64,000 nt of DNA, from the NCBI GenBank assembly GCA_964016885.1, contig OZ024742.1:38316001-38380000 (forward strand). Direction: 5' to 3'. Both the position numbers and the translations under genes were made by a program. The DNA comes from Eledone cirrhosa. Lineage: Eukaryota. Shown piece after piece: positions 36,119 to 48,378 of the stretch (position 1 is the stretch's first letter; each line of letters begins with the position of its first letter). The notes under the pieces are model-generated. The model did not search any database. It saw nothing but the letters and a program-made list of their open reading frames with translations, and was not told the DNA's origin.

Positions 36119-37119
36119 CTGGAGATAAAATGTGAAAATGGATGAGGAAAATGAAACATTGAAGTAAAAAAGTTGTAATATTGTTGTGCTTCTTAAAGTG
36201 AAGAACCAGAACTTAATCATTTAGAACATTCTTGAAATGAGTTGTGCATTGGTGTGTTGATTGTATAACAGATACTTTCAGTTACAAACTCATAGTCTAC
36301 TTATCTTTGTAATTGACAGTGGGTGAAACATAAGATAAAGAGAATAATGGATTAACTCTAACATTCTAAACTGCATGAAACTGCATAAGTAAGACATTCT
36401 TGAAAAGTATAAAACAGTACTATGACTGCATCAAATTGAATATTAAAGTCTTTAATTTACTACAATGTTCACAAGAATCTGTTGACTACTAGTAGAGATC
36501 TATAAACATTTGAATTAACAAACATGTTTTTAGATATTTTCTATTAAATCATTACAAGATGTTAAGAGATAAAGAACTCACCATGGCAAATATAACATAA
36601 GTCAATTCTAACAGCATTATTTAATGCTTTCTGATACCAAACCACTTGAAACTGCCTCTGGTTCTATGATACAAAACTATTTTGAAGTATTTATATTTAT
36701 CTGAAAACTTTCCATCATAAATGTTAATAAGCACCCTTTTTAAGTTATGTTCCAAGCACCAGCTCAAGGACAATGTACCACTTAGTCCAGGAATCAAACT
36801 CATGAACTTACAATCATGAGCCTAGTATCATAACAACTAAGCCACACACTTTCACATTAACTACAATATTAATCCATTCAGATTAGAGTGTTGTTACTGT
36901 AAAGATAACCAATTGAGTAATGAAGTATTATCTATGGCAAACATGAAGGAATATTAGTTCAATAGGCAACAGACAAGTTCAGTTTTTTATGAGCAGGATT
37001 ATAAAGGCAGTTAAGATTAGCATGTAAGAAAAACCAGTAACCAGTCATAGTGATGGCATGTGGTCTAGTGGTTAGTGTTGTGTTCATTAAAAGAACCAAG
37101 CAGCCTCCTATAAGATATA

Positions 37120-38291
37120 CGAATGTGGGCTGAAAAGTTTGTAGGCTAACTATGAAATCTCACATGCATTGTTTCTTTCCAGATAAACAGACATCTGACT
37201 GTTTAAAGAAAACTTCAAAAGTAACTAGTAGCAACTTCTCTTGAAAATGGACAAAATTTGGCATTGTGGTGTTATCAAGAAAAAGGGTTTAGCCTCCAAG
37301 GACATTAATGTTTTCATGGTTGTTACATTAGGGTATGATGCACCAGTTTTATCAACAGTGCAAAAGTGAACAGCTGAACTTAGTAGGGAAAGAGGGAGTC
37401 TTGAAGACAACCCAAGGTTTGGATGTCCTGCAACTGCCACCGAGGAAAATATTGATCGTGTTCACCACATGGTAATAGATGACATGCAATTGATTATAAA
37501 TCAAATAGCCAATGTTATTAGCAGATCCTGTGAGAGAGTTGAGAATATTCTGCACAATGAACTTAGCATGATGATGGTTTCTGCTTGGTGGGTGCCACGT
37601 CTTCTGACACCTAATCAAATCACGGGAAAATCTGATATTGGTTCAGGCAGATCCAGCTGGTTTCCTTGAACGTTTCCTAACCCAGGATGAGTGTTGGGTT
37701 CATCACTTTGAGCCAAAGACAAAGAGACAATCCATGCAGTGGAAACACCCCTCCTCACCTGCTCCAAAGAAGGCCATGGTCATTTCATCTGTAGTGTAGG
37801 TGATGGCCTCAAGTTCTTTTGGAAGCAAAAGGCATTGTATTTATTGACTATCTTCAAAAAGGCCACACCATCAATGAAGAGTACTATGCCAACTTGCTGA
37901 GGCAATTACGAAAGGCTATCAAGAACAAAAGCCCAAGAAAACTGATGAAAGGGGACTTGTTTCAATGGTTACTGTGTGTGACTGGCTTTGAACTGGTTGA
38001 TCACCCTCCCTATTCTCATGATTTGGTCCCATTTGATTATCATCTGTTCCACAACATGAAAAAACACTTGACTGGGAACCAGTATTGCAGTGATGATGAT
38101 GTCATATCTGCTGTGGACGGCTTTTTTACCAACAGGATGAAAGCTTCTTCATCAATGAGATCCAAGTGCTGCAAAACCGATGGAAGAAGTGTGTGGACAG
38201 CAAGGAAGACTTATGTTGAAAAATAAACCTCATTTGGTAACATTCCATGAGAATATCTTGGTTAGCGTATGAACTTTTCAGCCAACTCTCA
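37120..38291 (+). mobile_element. Decayed mariner (D,D34D) transposon in the last UQCRC2 intron
   Basis: TA-flanked TIRs CGAATGTGGGCTGAAAAGTTTGTAGGCTA / TGAGAGTTGGCTGAAAAGTTCATACGCTA (revcomp). Motifs WVPRLLT, TQDECWVHH and HPPYSHDLVPFDYHLF. Frameshifts and an internal deletion. Confidence 0.93.
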
Positions 38292-38446
38292 TAACTTCAT
38301 AGGAGGCCAGCTAAGCCTGCATAAGTGTGAACTGTAACTAACTTTAATCGGAGTTATGACAGGTACAAGAATCACATTTAATAACGACATCTTGTTTCAG
38401 AGACAAACAAAAATGAATAAAAAAAATAAATAAATAAAATACTGAC

Positions 38447-38600
38447 TGTATTAACATCATTAACGGTGATAGCATCAATTTGTGCAACAATGTCATGAAG
38501 GTCAGCTAGTCCACCAGCAATCAATATTTGCTCACCCATCTCTTTCAGAAGAAGGTTGCTGTCTTCAGCATTCATCAATACTGCAGCCTTCAGCTGGTTC
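38447..38600 (-). CDS. UQCRC2: UQCRC2 exon (154 nt; NQLKAAVLMNAED...DVNT)
   Basis: AG/GT boundaries, frame continuity, homology to M16 peptidase core 2. Confidence 0.95.
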
Positions 38601-39203
38601 CTGTGTATACAACATACATACATTTAGCCAATGTTGTAAAATTCAAATGCAAAACTACTAACATTCTACCACATGTTTCACTGTTCTCTGCTTCATACAT
38701 GATTAATCCATCAAAAAAAGGGAAACGAATATCATCAAATTGGACCAAGGAAACTAGGTTTCCATAGCTGATATAATTTGACAGTTGCAACTCTTTGCAG
38801 GAGGAGGTGGGATTTAGACTCAGAATACATAGAACATCATGTCTGACTTCTTAATAATTCCACCAATCACCCCTCCTGGGGAGACCGGTACTGTATTGAC
38901 CACAAAAGGATGAAAAGCAAAGGTGACTACAGCAGAATTTAAATTCGGAGTGCAGAGAGCCAGAACAAATACTGATGTTTTAATTCTGCCAATTTGCCAC
39001 CTTAACCCTTTAGCATTTAAACCAGCCATATCCGGTCAGAATTTCCTCACCTCTTTCTGTTCAAACTGGCTATAACTGACCACTTATACTGATGTTAAGG
39101 TATTGTTCTTAAACTAAATAATAACAAAAGCTCATAGAATCAATATTATGTGAGATAATTATGTGAGGTAAAGCCTTTACCATGAAAATATAATAGTAAA
39201 TAT

Positions 39204-39555
39204 CATCATCATCATCATTTTATGTCCGCTTTTCCCTGCTTGCAAGGGTGGGATGGGAACTGATTTTGGCTTGATTTCTACAGTAAGTGCCGGGTGCTTT
39301 TTTTTCCGTGGCACCTACATGTCCACTTTACAGTGTGGGCTGGGTGCTTTTTTGCAGTGGCACCTCCACGACCACTTTGCAGTGGAATGATAGGGACCCC
39401 AGTCCTATCATCTCATTTCTACAGCTGAGTAAACTGGAGCAATGTGAAGTAAAGTGCCTTGCTCAAGGAAACAACACATCACCCGTTCTGAGAATTGAAC
39501 TCACAACCTTTTGATTGCAAGGCCAATGCTCTAACCACTAAGCCATGTGCCTCCA
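39204..39555 (-). mobile_element. Complete tRNA-headed SINE with RTE-type (GAT)n tail and 7-bp TSD, nested in a MITE
   Basis: TSD TAAATAT at 39197-39203 and 39556-39562. Head TGGCTTAGTGG...GAGTTCAATTCT. Tail matches the RTE 3' end. Related copies near 6885, 22845, 42795, 48905, 53920 and 58840. Confidence 0.8.
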
Positions 39556-40249
39556 TAAATATAGAGTAACATAAAGGTTAAAGGCTTAATCCATCAATAT
39601 AGCAATAAAGAGCAGTTTTATGTAGTTGCTGGATCTGCTCAATATAGCAGCTATAATACAACAAACTATATGTAATAGAAACCATATATTTCAAGTCCTA
39701 AATCCCAGGACAGCATCTCTAACAAAAACATTAAAAAGGACTGGACATCAAGTGGGATTCAATATGTCCAGTCTGCCTCACTTACACGCCACGTACCCAA
39801 ACACTGTTTATGAGAGAGAGAGAGAGAGAGAGGGGGCATGCAGTGTGATGCCAAATGAAGCCGACATCTGCTATTGTAAAGCAGCCTACCTATAATATAA
39901 TAGATAAAGATTCCATAACTCCTTGTGGAGTTGTAGAGGCACTGTCATATGGCGAGTCTAGGGCACTTTTAAACCTGGTGGAGCCCAACCCTTTCCAGGC
40001 CTGAACACAGCCGATTTTTTCTATAGAGGAAGAATCGACCCCAGTACTGGACTGGTACTTTTTTTTTTTATCGACCTCAAAAGCAAAGTTGACCACGCGG
40101 GATTTGAACTCAGAGCGTGCAATAAGGTGGGATGAATACCATAAAGTATTCTTTCCGACATTTTAATGACTCCGCCTTATACCCATAATATAATAAAAGA
40201 TAATTCCCCGCCTTATACCCATAATATAATAAAGATAAAACATCTATAC

Positions 40250-40326
40250 TTAGCACGACAGATCTCTTCTGCAGTAAATCCAGATTTGGTGATGCTGGCA
40301 AATTCCTGGAAGGCAGCTTTCAGAAC
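40250..40326 (-). CDS. UQCRC2: UQCRC2 exon (77 nt; VLKAAFQEFASITKSGFTAEEICRAK)
   Basis: TAAG acceptor, GTATAG donor, frame continuity. Confidence 0.9.
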
Positions 40327-41826
40327 CTTAATTAGAAGCGAAAGAAAGAAACAACATAAAAATCTGCAGGAGAAAGGGAAGAAATAGAAATATGGTCCCT
40401 GTCAGTGTGACATATTTTATACACACACAATATAAATGCCTTGCTAATGCAGTACAGGCTGTTAAGATTTATATAATCAAAGTTTACTTACCCAACCTTA
40501 CTACCACCAGATATATTTTTTCTTTTAATTCCTATTCCTTTGCTGTGTGTATCCAGTATACTAACTACATATGTGTGAAGCAACTAAAAGGGTTGGCACC
40601 AAGAAGGGCATCTGCCCATAAACATTGCCTCAAAAAGGCCCCATATTATGAAACTTACATGTTAGCTTTGCTTTAGCAAAGAAAATGGTCTTAAAACGTT
40701 TGTTGCATCTTTTAATTTCTGATCCATTTCCCCCTTTTGATATTTCTATTGGAAGACACTGTCAATGATTTTCAAATAATTGTTAAAATAATTGTTTCTA
40801 CGTTAGGCACAAGGCCAGCAATTACCCAGTGCATTACTGGTACTTTATTTTATCGACCCCGTAAGGATGAAAAGCAAAGTCAACCTCGGCGGGATTTGAA
40901 CTCAGATCGTAAAGGGACGTAACTATGCTGGAAAGCATGGCGTCCGACCTTCTACCGATACTGCCAATCCACTAAAATAATAAAGAATTTTGAGGGATTT
41001 AATAATATTTAGTAAACCTTTTCATTATTGAACTGGTTTTTTACATACAATTATAATGTATGGTTTAAATATAAACAATATAATAAACAGCATTATAGAA
41101 CCAAGGTAGTTTTATGTGGCTTGATAACAGGTTTAAGTCATCTGTTCAAACCATTGCAGTTTATTCAATTTTTTTTTTTTTACCACTGTCAAATGTATAT
41201 GAGACTAAATTAACAAAAATCTAAGAATTTGAACCACAAAACTCTGCAACTTACCCCGTGCTTTCTTACTGGCCAGAAAAGGATTGAAAAAACAAAAATT
41301 AAAACTAACAAGAGAAGCACACAGTGCAGCACTAACAGTTGATTTAATCCTTTCATTATATATTTCAAGTGACTTACATTGTATTTGAATTGGTAAAGAA
41401 TTTGGAGAGATTTTCTAAAATTATCAATTATTAATATATTTGTAACATAACAATTCATATATAAAATTATGCTGGAAAGTTTTGATTTAAATAGAAACCC
41501 TTCAAAATATATGGTTTTATTTCATAGAACTAGAGGCAGTTTTGGGTAGATTGGTATGGAAAGGGTTAAAACGTTTGATACCAAACCACTTGAAACCACC
41601 CGTAATTCTAATGTACAAAACTGTTTATTTTAATGTCCTTATATTTATCTAAAAACCTATCATAAAATTTTAAATTATGCTCTGAACACTAACTTAAGAA
41701 CAAGTAATTTAAATATATTACTAAATCCCACCAAATTCTTCATTATTTTCAAACTTATTTGAATATCATAGGCAGTATCTTTCATTAGAAATATGGTAAA
41801 ATAAAAAGTTAAAATATGAAACTAGC

Positions 41827-41907
41827 CTTTCCAATTTCTGATTTGTCTGCTGTTGCTGCGAAACCAAATATACCTCCATCAGAGTAGGCTCCAGTGATGC
41901 AGGAAAT
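41827..41907 (-). CDS. UQCRC2: UQCRC2 exon (81 nt; ISCITGAYSDGGIFGFAATADKSEIGK) ending at a GC donor
   Basis: Conserved YSDxGxFG motif. TAG acceptor, donor AAG|GCTAGT. Confidence 0.9.
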
Positions 41908-43558
41908 CTACAAAATTGCAATGAGAGAAAAAACTTGAATAATGGATAAATAGAACTAGAGCTACCCTGTAATGCTCCTAGTACAAACTGTAAAGTGGTT
42001 GGCATTAGAAAGCCCAAAACGGAACACATGAGAAAGACATAGTAACTTAACCGGTTTAGCCTCAGAACATAATCCGTCTAACCCATGCAAGCGTGGAAAA
42101 TAGATGTTAAACGATGATGATGACGATACATCGTCATCATCATCGTTTAATGCCTATTTTCTTTGCCAGAATACATATGCACTCAAATAGAAATTCAATG
42201 TCTTGACATGGTGAGAGGAAAAAATTCAATTAACCAAGACTATCCTCTCAATTTCAAGACTGATGGAAAGCAAGCAAGGGAGGTAACTCCCATAGCCTAA
42301 GCCGAAGTCTTTTGGAACAATTTAAGATAACCAACTTGGTGAAAGCTATGATCATGTTTCTATCTTGTTAGATCTTTTTAGTGAAGTATATTAACTTAGC
42401 AGGTTAGCTTAACTAAGAGTAATTAGGTATAGATATAAGAAAAGAATAATGTACTGATTGTGTTGATAAAGGGTAAAGCAAAAATGAGTAAGGAGAGCGC
42501 TCTACATGATTTGTATACATACAAATAGTCTTGCTGTTTGAAAATATATAAAGGAAAAATAAACTATCAAACATTACTTGTCATGATTAACCCTTTCAGT
42601 GAACCATTGTTTGATTCACAGACCTTTTATACTCCACCCAATGTATTTTATTTTTAAAATAGCGCTCTAGTGATATTATGTAAGCCAGTTGATTCCCTTG
42701 TCAACCATGCTGGAGCAGCACTATGGTTATAAGTGTTCCAGCTGTAACTATCTTTTTTCGTTTTCAGCTGGTATATCTAAAACTTGCGAAGACACGTGGC
42801 TTAGTGGTTAGAGTGAGATCAGTAAGTTAAATTCCCACTGGCATGGTATATCCTTGAACAAACACTTTATTTCACATTGCTCTAGTTCACTCAGCTGAAA
42901 AAATGAGTTATACCTGTGTTTCAAAGGTCCAGCCTTGTCATACACAGTGTTTCACTGAATCCTCCTCAGAACTATGTTATGGGTACATTTGTCTGTGGAA
43001 TGCTCAGCACATTTACTTTTATGACTAGGCCATTCCATTGATCAAACAACTTGTGAGAACCAATAGTTTCAGCACATACACAGGAAGGTCATCCAGCTGA
43101 AGAAACCAAGCTAAAAGCAGTTCTGTGTGAATGAAATACGGTCCCCCAACCTGATCTCTCACAAAGGGACAGCCCGTCCTACCCATGCTAACACGGAAAA
43201 TGGACATTAAACGAGATGATGATGATGACACACACATATACAGGTTTGTGGGGTGGAGGAAGGAGGCAATTGACTACATTATTTTACTAGAATTTATTTT
43301 ATCGATCCTTGGTAGAAAAAAAAAGGCAAAGTTGACCTCAACAGGATTTCAACTCTGAACATAAGTAAAATCAAATATTACAAGCTATTTTGTCCAATGC
43401 TTTACTAATTCAGACAACCCACCAGAATATTGTGTTAGTTAGTGAAGGGATGTCGTACTGGAGTGGACTCGTTTAATTCATGCAAGCATGGAGAAAGCAC
43501 ATAAAAATGATAATGATTTTAACATTGGTATTTGATCGGATTTCAGTATGATACTTAC

Positions 43559-43697
43559 ACCAAATGGAGCTGAAGTGGCAGAGCCGGAAGCCTTTCCTAG
43601 CCGTGATATCGAATCATTGGTGCTGTACTTCACAAATGGTCCAGTTCCCATCACCATCTGCATTAGACATGCAGGCAGCAGGTCCTTGCTGGGCAGC
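43559..43697 (-). CDS. UQCRC2: UQCRC2 exon (139 nt; LPSKDLLPACLMQMVMGTGPFVKYS...APFG)
   Basis: AG/GTAAGT boundaries. Conserved GxGPxVK motif. Confidence 0.93.
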
Positions 43698-43947
43698 CTA
43701 GAAACATGAAGTGGAAATAAATTGTATGAACAAAAGGAAACACCAGCAATGACAACAAAGAGAGAGAGAGGGAGATAGAGAGAGAGAGAATTTATGAGTT
43801 CAAAAGTTTAAAGACTTTAAATTCTACAAAATAAGCACATATGTTTTAAGGTAAAAAGAAGTGGTATAGTTCAATTAATATTTGCAAAATGCATGCAGAA
43901 ATATCACAGATCAGTTCTCTATCGTATAGTATATCATATATATATTA

Positions 43948-46900
43948 TGTCACCTCCACATCAGTAATTAGACTGGGTTTGTTATTGTTTTACATCCATG
44001 GATGAAGTATGCGACAAAACTGGTCGATGTTCCAAAATAGAACATTGCCCAGAAAACCACATCTGCCATATTTGTACGGAACCCGAAAACCCGTTCCGTA
44101 ATCGCTGGGTCAAATGTGGAACCTGTCACATCTCTGTCTGCCTTCAATGCGCCACAGGCTTCCGGAGGATCCCAGGCCAAAAAAAGAGACATCATAATGC
44201 TGTGATGGATGGAATCTGGGAGATGGTCCAGCTAAAATGCTGGTCCTTTCAACGCCTGGCCTGTGTACCTGCCTCCACCAATGTTATTGAAAAACAACAA
44301 CAAAAAAAAAACCGATGACTGTATCTTCCTCTACTGTTGTTACTGAACAATGGCAAAAACCTATGACACTGGCTTCTGCTGCTATTCCTGTGGGAGAACA
44401 TCAGAAACAACAACCCATGTCTTCCGCTCCCAGTACAGCTCGACACCAACAACCTGCGACTGTGTCTTCCCCTACCATTCCCGTGGAAGAGGAGGAGGAA
44501 CAACAACAACAGCAACAACAACCGACCAGTACAGATTTTGCAGAATTGCAACTAATGATTTCTGCTTTAAGAAGGGAAGTAACAGGAATAAAAGCAAGCA
44601 TTCGGGTAGGACCCCACGATGAGGGGGTCTTATCGGAATGCCTTGCTAAAGAATCTCCCTGTACCTCTTGCCGTATCTGGGCATACTGAGAAGACTGCGG
44701 AATCTGCTACTCATGAAGTAATTGCCATTGGGGTACCAGAGGACAAGGCTGATCTTCAGGCATTTGCTGCCAGCTCAGCCAAAGACCTAGGCTGTGTTCC
44801 CCCAAAGAGTGCTCTCCGCCTTGGTCGACCTGGTCCAAAACCCAGACTCATCAGTCTGTCTTTTTTGGAGCCCGCTGAGGCAATTTCATATCATCTGGCC
44901 TTTGTTAAAGCTGGGCGTGAAAACCGGATTACCTTCCGAATACGCCCAGGCCTACCACCCCATGTACACCCAAAGTTACGTGCTGCAGCTTCCTTGAATC
45001 GGAACTCAGCACAACATGAAAGTTTTAGTCTGCGTGATGATAGGCAGATCTGGAGGTTTGTTAAGGCTGGTGAAACGTGGAAGAGAGATACCAGCTGGTC
45101 TGAGTGTGCTCTACCCACAATAACTGGCAATGAAAAAACTGCTACAACTCTGGGAAACTAAACCAGAACAACCTGCCACCCTCTACACACCATCATAAAC
45201 TGCAAGCAGGGTACAAATTGTTGTCCTTAAATGCTCGCAGTTTATGCAACAAGATACATCTGTTTAACTCCTACGTCAGAAGCATCGACCCTGACTTCAT
45301 CAGAGTCACAGAAACATGGGCACATTCCTTACTCTGCGATGGGGTTTTCAGCATTACTGGGTACAACCTTCTCCGCAAGGACCGCATTAATCGCAGTGGT
45401 GGTGGTGTGATGGTCTACGTTCGTTCAAACTTTTCAGTAATTCCTTGCGTTGATTTGAACGAATCACAAGAAGTTTTTTCTGTAACATACGTATGACCAT
45501 GTCAACACTTCTGCTTGGTGTTGTTTATCGCCCCCCCAAACTACCATCAGGACACACAGCTTTGCGATATCCTCAGAGTTGCTGCCAGGAAAACAGCCAC
45601 TTATGTATTTATTGCAGGTGACTTCAATCATCCTGAGATCGATTGGGAAACCTTTCATTGGCCACAAAGTGCAAACAATTTCCTTGAACTAGTGCTGGAC
45701 TCAAACTGGTCACAAGTAGTCACCTCTCCAACAAGAGGTGACAACACTTTGGACCTGCTCTTCACCACTACTCCTAAAGTGGTTATCAGTTGTACTACTG
45801 AGGAACCTCTAGGCGACTCTGATCATGCTATGATCATTGCCAATCTGGCTCTTGCGGGCAGCAACAAAAACCAGAACCATCTCCAATCTGCTTGCTTTGA
45901 TTGGAAGAAAGCAGATTGGAATTGGTACTGCACTGAGCTACAGCGCTCAAACTGGCATGAATTCTATAACTCTGGAAATGTGAACACTATACTCCAGAGC
46001 ATCCTGGACTCAATATGGATAGTGTGTGCAGCATCGGTGCCACGTAAGCAGAAAAAAAAACCCACCCCAAAAGTGCAATTTGGGAAACTTCAGCGGTCCG
46101 ACTTGCCAGGAAAGAACGTCGGAACGCTGAACGGAATATAAACTGCATAGATCAGATGCCAACAGAAAAAAGCGGAATAAATCTTCCAACCATCTCAAGC
46201 AAGTGACAAAAAAGGCAGTGCTTGAATTTGAACAGTGCATAGCAACCCTGACAGTAAGGTGTTCTGGAAATATGTTCATTCAAAGCAGAGACCTCACTCT
46301 CCAGTTGGTCCTCTTCGCAATCCCCACACAAGCCAGATCACTGACGATCCCAAAGAATGTGTAGAACTCATTGCTGAGTGCTATGCAAGCATTTTTACTG
46401 TTGAAAACCAGAATGTACCATCTCCACCATCTCTAACATCAAATTCCATAACAACTATGGAATTTACACCTGCAATGTTGCGACGTCACCTTAAGAATAA
46501 GCGCAACTATGCCTCCCCTGGTCTTGATGGTGTTACATACCTGCTTCTCAAACGTGGCGGGTACTTCCTTTTGCACCAGCTTTCTTTCTTCTTTCAATAC
46601 TGTCTCAACAATGGTGCTACTCCGCAGCAGTGGAAAACTGCCAGTGTCATTCCCCTGTTCAAAAAGGGAGACCACACGTCACCTGTCAACTATCGTCCAG
46701 TCAGTCTTACTAGTTGTATTGCCAAACTGATGGAATCCTGTGTCAGAGAAACACTTTGGAACTTCTGGAGCTCTCACAGCCTCATCCGGACCTCGCAGTT
46801 TGGATTTATCCCTAGCTCCAGCTGCTGTGATCAGCTTATCGAGTTCCTTGAAGACATTACCCGGATCACTGACAGCAGCTCATGGGTGGCTGTTGATTAC

Positions 46901-48120
46901 CTTGACTTCGCTAAGGCTTTCAATTCTGTGCCACACAAAAGACTTATGGCAAAACTCTCTGCAATGGGTGTCAGGGATGATCTTTTTAACTGGTTGAAAT
47001 CCTTCATTCTCAGCCGAAAAGAGGTAGTCACGGTTCTAGGACAGCATTCTTCACCATATGAGATGTCATCTGGTGTACCACATGGATCTGTTCTTGGTCC
47101 CCTTTTGTTTGTGGCATATATTAAAGACATAGATGCCAACTTAAAGAATGCCACGGTACTGAAATATGCAGATGACATCAAGCTGTACCTTGAAATCAAA
47201 AGGACTGATCCTGAAATCTACAACTCATTCCTACAATGCAGCAATGGATCACAGACTGGCAACTGAAGCTGGCTGTGGACAAGTGTGCCACCATGCATTT
47301 TGGGAGGAAAAATCCAGCGTCCACATACTCCCTCCACAACCCTGATATCAAGAAGTCCTCTTGCGAACGTGACCTGGGCATTACTGTCAGCAGCGATTTG
47401 CGTTGGACAAAGCATGTCTCTAAGATTCTCAAGAAGGCCGAGGGTGTCTTGGCATCACTCAATAAGACCTTTGTTAGCCGCTCTCCAGCCATCTATTTAA
47501 AGCTGTATACAGCTATGGTACGACCACACTTGGAATTCGCATCATCAGTCTGGAACCCCTATCTTGCTCAGAACATTGACCTCCTGGAAATTGTTCAGAG
47601 ACATGCAACCAAGCGCATACCCTCCATCCATCAAACACCTACCATACTCTGAACGCCTTGCTTTCCTGGGCATAGATCCACTGAAGCTCCGACGTCTGGT
47701 AATGGACTTGGTAAACACCCACTAAATTATTAACCATCTCGCCAACAACAACCCTGAGCACCTTTTTGATCTCCATGTGTCTAACACACGTGGACATGCC
47801 TACAAAATCAGAAAACAGCACAGCTCCCATGACTTTCGGAAACATTTTTTCACGCTCAGAGTTGCTGAAGCATGGAACAAACTGCCTGCATCAGTTGTTA
47901 GCTGCCGAGACATGGCATCCTTTAAAACCCTCATGCTTCCTGAGATTCACCAAAACTACACATGATGTCCCCCTTCCATACACATGCACACGTGTATATC
48001 ATGACTCATGCACTGTTCATTTTCCTGACGTTTGTACATTACCCTATGTACTATACATACACTTTTTGATGAGTTGTAGTGCACCTGAGCACTGTACACA
48101 ATATTTCATTATTATTATTA
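43948..48120 (+). mobile_element. Near full-length CR1-clade LINE (ORF1 with PHD finger; ORF2 APE endonuclease and RT), frameshifted, intronic and antisense to UQCRC2
   Basis: ORF1 pieces span 43998-45161 (CHIC..CGTC..CLQC). ORF2 motifs NARSL, VTETW, GDFN, LDL, SDH, LDFAKAF, GVPHGSVLGP, YADD. (ATT)n tail. The 5' boundary is approximate. Confidence 0.96.
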
Positions 48121-48186
48121 TACATGAGAACATGTTTTGACTGTGGCTATTATTGGCATGGTGAGATTTTCCTTGATATTTTGTGT

Positions 48187-48243
<57 letters not shown>

Positions 48244-48319
48244 ACACTACCTGTTTGTTTAGATTGGTTTGGAGTCATTTTATTTCCCATTTTTTAAAGG
48301 GCATATAATAGTTATCTGT

Positions 48320-48378
<59 letters not shown>

